Shown piece by piece: positions 40,801-41,700 of a stretch of DNA of 41,700 nt. A model generated the notes under the pieces. It saw only the letters and a program-made list of their open reading frames with translations. It did not search any database and was not told the DNA's origin. Location of the stretch: NCBI GenBank assembly GCA_019113305.1, contig DXHP01000048.1, positions 1-41,700 of the forward strand, read 5' to 3'. Origin of the DNA: Candidatus Ignatzschineria merdigallinarum. Lineage in GTDB: Bacteria > Pseudomonadota > Gammaproteobacteria > Cardiobacteriales > Wohlfahrtiimonadaceae. Position numbers and translations under genes: made by a program. Numbering within the stretch: the stretch's first letter is position 1; every line of letters begins with the position of its first letter.

Positions 40801-41296
40801 TCAGATTATCTGGGCTGTGGGTAAAGGTGATCCAATCGAAGCACGTCGTCCGCAAGATCATTCTGTGGTTGAGTGGGATGTGATTAAGTTGATTCGAGAA
40901 TTAGATGATCAAGGCATTGTGGATATGAGCCAGGTCGATCGCTTAATGGCAATGGGTTCTACTGGTATGCTGAAAGGTTTCCAGAAAGAGCTTTCTGCGG
41001 GCGGGTCATTGCATGATCGCTTTAAAGAAGATCTACATATTACTGGCACTATTGGTAGCCCAATGCAATGTATGATGAAAGGGGTTTGTGGTCAGTGTTT
41101 ACAGTGGCAGATTGATCCGGCAACAGGTGAGCGTACGCAAGCCGTATTTACCTGTTCACAGCAAGATCAGCCACTGAAAAATGTGGATCTCGATAACCTT
41201 ACTGCACGTACAAGCCAAAATAGATTGCCAGATATTATCTCATCACATTGGTTATCGCATGTATTAGAAGCTAAGAATAGCGCCGAGTCAGAGTAA
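37871..41296 (+). CDS. Large flavo-iron-sulfur oxidoreductase: GltD/NfnB-like module fused to a C-terminal NfnA/PyrK-like FAD/[2Fe-2S] module
   Basis: EYCKYCH...FC...GCP...GHRICNDCMKSC...IE Fe-S region, FAD motif VAGMGPAG, NADP motifs IGGGLTAID and YRR, then KPGQFFR...GPTG and MQCMMKGVCGQC...FTC. Start at ATG 37871 after AGGAAG; TATAAT at 37826-37831. Confidence 0.88.
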   Translation: MVLEEQLQKYGLSFQDLQSREGLVEVDTLYQQILPEEVLQTFLQWRRGETSFTAIEESEFQIKLGEYLNTFIAKLFGLENETDALIERASRYNRLMQFKEQFIQRGAKRYRQAIEGTFAEHHAALLEKVGAEDSDPELEAKIANYALSLDAEENAADIEAIHQWGSLAEKDEAGIARVENWITFKFPARLDFDNLVATEETTFQGIPVKVGANPLRQRDGFDLTDARMDRYEIASEIEYCKYCHDHDGDFCSIGFPVKKGEPEKGYRKNPFDETLTGCPLDEMISEMQRLEKEGLSIGALAITMVENPMAPATGHRICNDCMKSCIYQRAEPVNIPQIETGVLTTVLDLPYGVELYHLLARWNPLKPTGYLPAEENNRKVLVAGMGPAGFTMTHYLSQEGCHVVGIDGLKIEPLPASILNQPIKSWDDLEENLDDRILAGFGGVAEYGITVRWDKNFLKLIYLTLARRQNVDIYGGVRLGGTLTLDDAFDLGFDHVSLAVGAGLPRVLKIDNSLAKGMKQASDFLMAMQLTGAAKDTSIANLQVRLPAVVIGGGLTAIDTATEVQAYYIKQVEKTLHRVEILGEEKIRENLSPEDNETLTEFLAHGLEVREERAKAAAAGIEPNFNPLIKKWGGVMIAYRRTMQESPAYTLNHEEVTKAFEEGIHFGEELNPLGVELDQYGHVKSIRFTKSSEEEVVVPARAVLVAAGTSPNTIYGTEYPGSIEIEDKHHFQGYDLEGNLVPFNWGTNNKEAFAPFTSFRRGEKRVSYIGDTHPVFNGNVVKAIASAKKSSRFVMEALDRLPENTLSNKDLALTMQDGLTATIQSIDASNPTVCEVWIKAPMAAKNFKPGQFFRMQTFETGSEIVEGTRLQIPLLTVSGTGSTDDAIRLLVFQWGTGQRLIPSLKPGDKVVLAGPTGAPTDLPSGKTILVVAGRWGAAVMLDIGFALRSAGNRVIYLAAMGSKGDVDHMDELEEGADQIIWAVGKGDPIEARRPQDHSVVEWDVIKLIRELDDQGIVDMSQVDRLMAMGSTGMLKGFQKELSAGGSLHDRFKEDLHITGTIGSPMQCMMKGVCGQCLQWQIDPATGERTQAVFTCSQQDQPLKNVDLDNLTARTSQNRLPDIISSHWLSHVLEAKNSAESE

Positions 41297-41336
41297 TTAA
41301 GTAGTTTTTTAACTCAAGTTTTGACTGAGAGTATTC

Positions 41337-41372
41337 AAAGCTATCAATCGTTTATAGATTGATAGCTTTTTT
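41337..41372 (+). terminator. Intrinsic terminator after the oxidoreductase
   Basis: aaagctatcaatc / gattgatagctttttt. Confidence 0.88.
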
Positions 41373-41508
41373 ATGTTTCATAGATTCTAATATCTAGGAA
41401 AGTTTTGTTGTTGTACTTTGTAGTGAGCCCCATTTTTAGAGATCGGCTTTAAGCTATCTGATGAAAAATGCTATTCAAAAAGTCACAATCGTTTCTTGAG
41501 TTTTTATA

Positions 41509-41700
41509 TTAAAAATCTGCGAGCTTTATCACATCATATGCCGGAACCTCATAAGGATGTGCAGATTTCATCGCATGAACAGCATCCATAATGAGATCAT
41601 CAGCTACAACGAGTTCCACTCGCCATTCTGGAACGGTTTTTAGTGCATCAATGGTGCCAGAGTATGGATTACTACCAGCTAATGGTTTGAATTGTCCTTG
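41509..41700 (-). CDS. 3' part of a stand-alone YqfO/NIF3-insert PII-like protein (runs off the window; absent from the ORF track)
   Basis: Manual translation: QGQFKPLAGSNPYSGTIDALKTVPEWRVELVVADDLIMDAVHAMKSAHPYEVPAYDVIKLADF*, containing G.F.P..G.NP..G and AHPYE.PAYD. Confidence 0.88.
   Translation of the reverse strand, partial: QGQFKPLAGSNPYSGTIDALKTVPEWRVELVVADDLIMDAVHAMKSAHPYEVPAYDVIKLADF

Noticed and set aside
12231-41372. Shared AAAAGC...GCTTTT ends of many hairpins as a repeat family
   Set aside because: The stems differ in sequence; this is the normal form of bidirectional intrinsic terminators.

Overview
AT-rich (roughly 37-39% GC by eye) chromosomal window from a Gram-negative bacterium. 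Gene content and style suggest a small-genome gammaproteobacterium, possibly Ignatzschineria/Wohlfahrtiimonas-like (inference, not verified). It is mostly housekeeping genes in shuffled order: accA, class II DAHP synthase, ilvC-ilvH-ilvI, hom, elbB, TPR protein plus AMIN/LysM amidase, aldehyde dehydrogenase, a Fur-boxed CeuBCDE/YclNOPQ-type catechol-siderophore ABC system, argG, trkA, an M-box riboswitch ahead of an N-domain-less MgtE, ampG, an FAH-family gene, rbsDACB without rbsK/R, a short Nif3, an orphan TamB, a membrane-anchored FMN/[3Fe-4S] glutamate-synthase-like protein, a DciA-like ORF overlapping recX, a ~1140 aa NfnB/GltD-NfnA/PyrK-like fused flavo-iron-sulfur oxidoreductase and the 3' end of a stand-alone YqfO PII-like gene. 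No rRNA, tRNA, CRISPR array, transposase or prophage gene was seen. The best leads are the fused oxidoreductase and its possible partnership with the nearby FMN/[3Fe-4S] protein, the M-box/short-MgtE module, the dciA-like/recX coupling, and a window-wide excess of GCCGG/GCCGGC.
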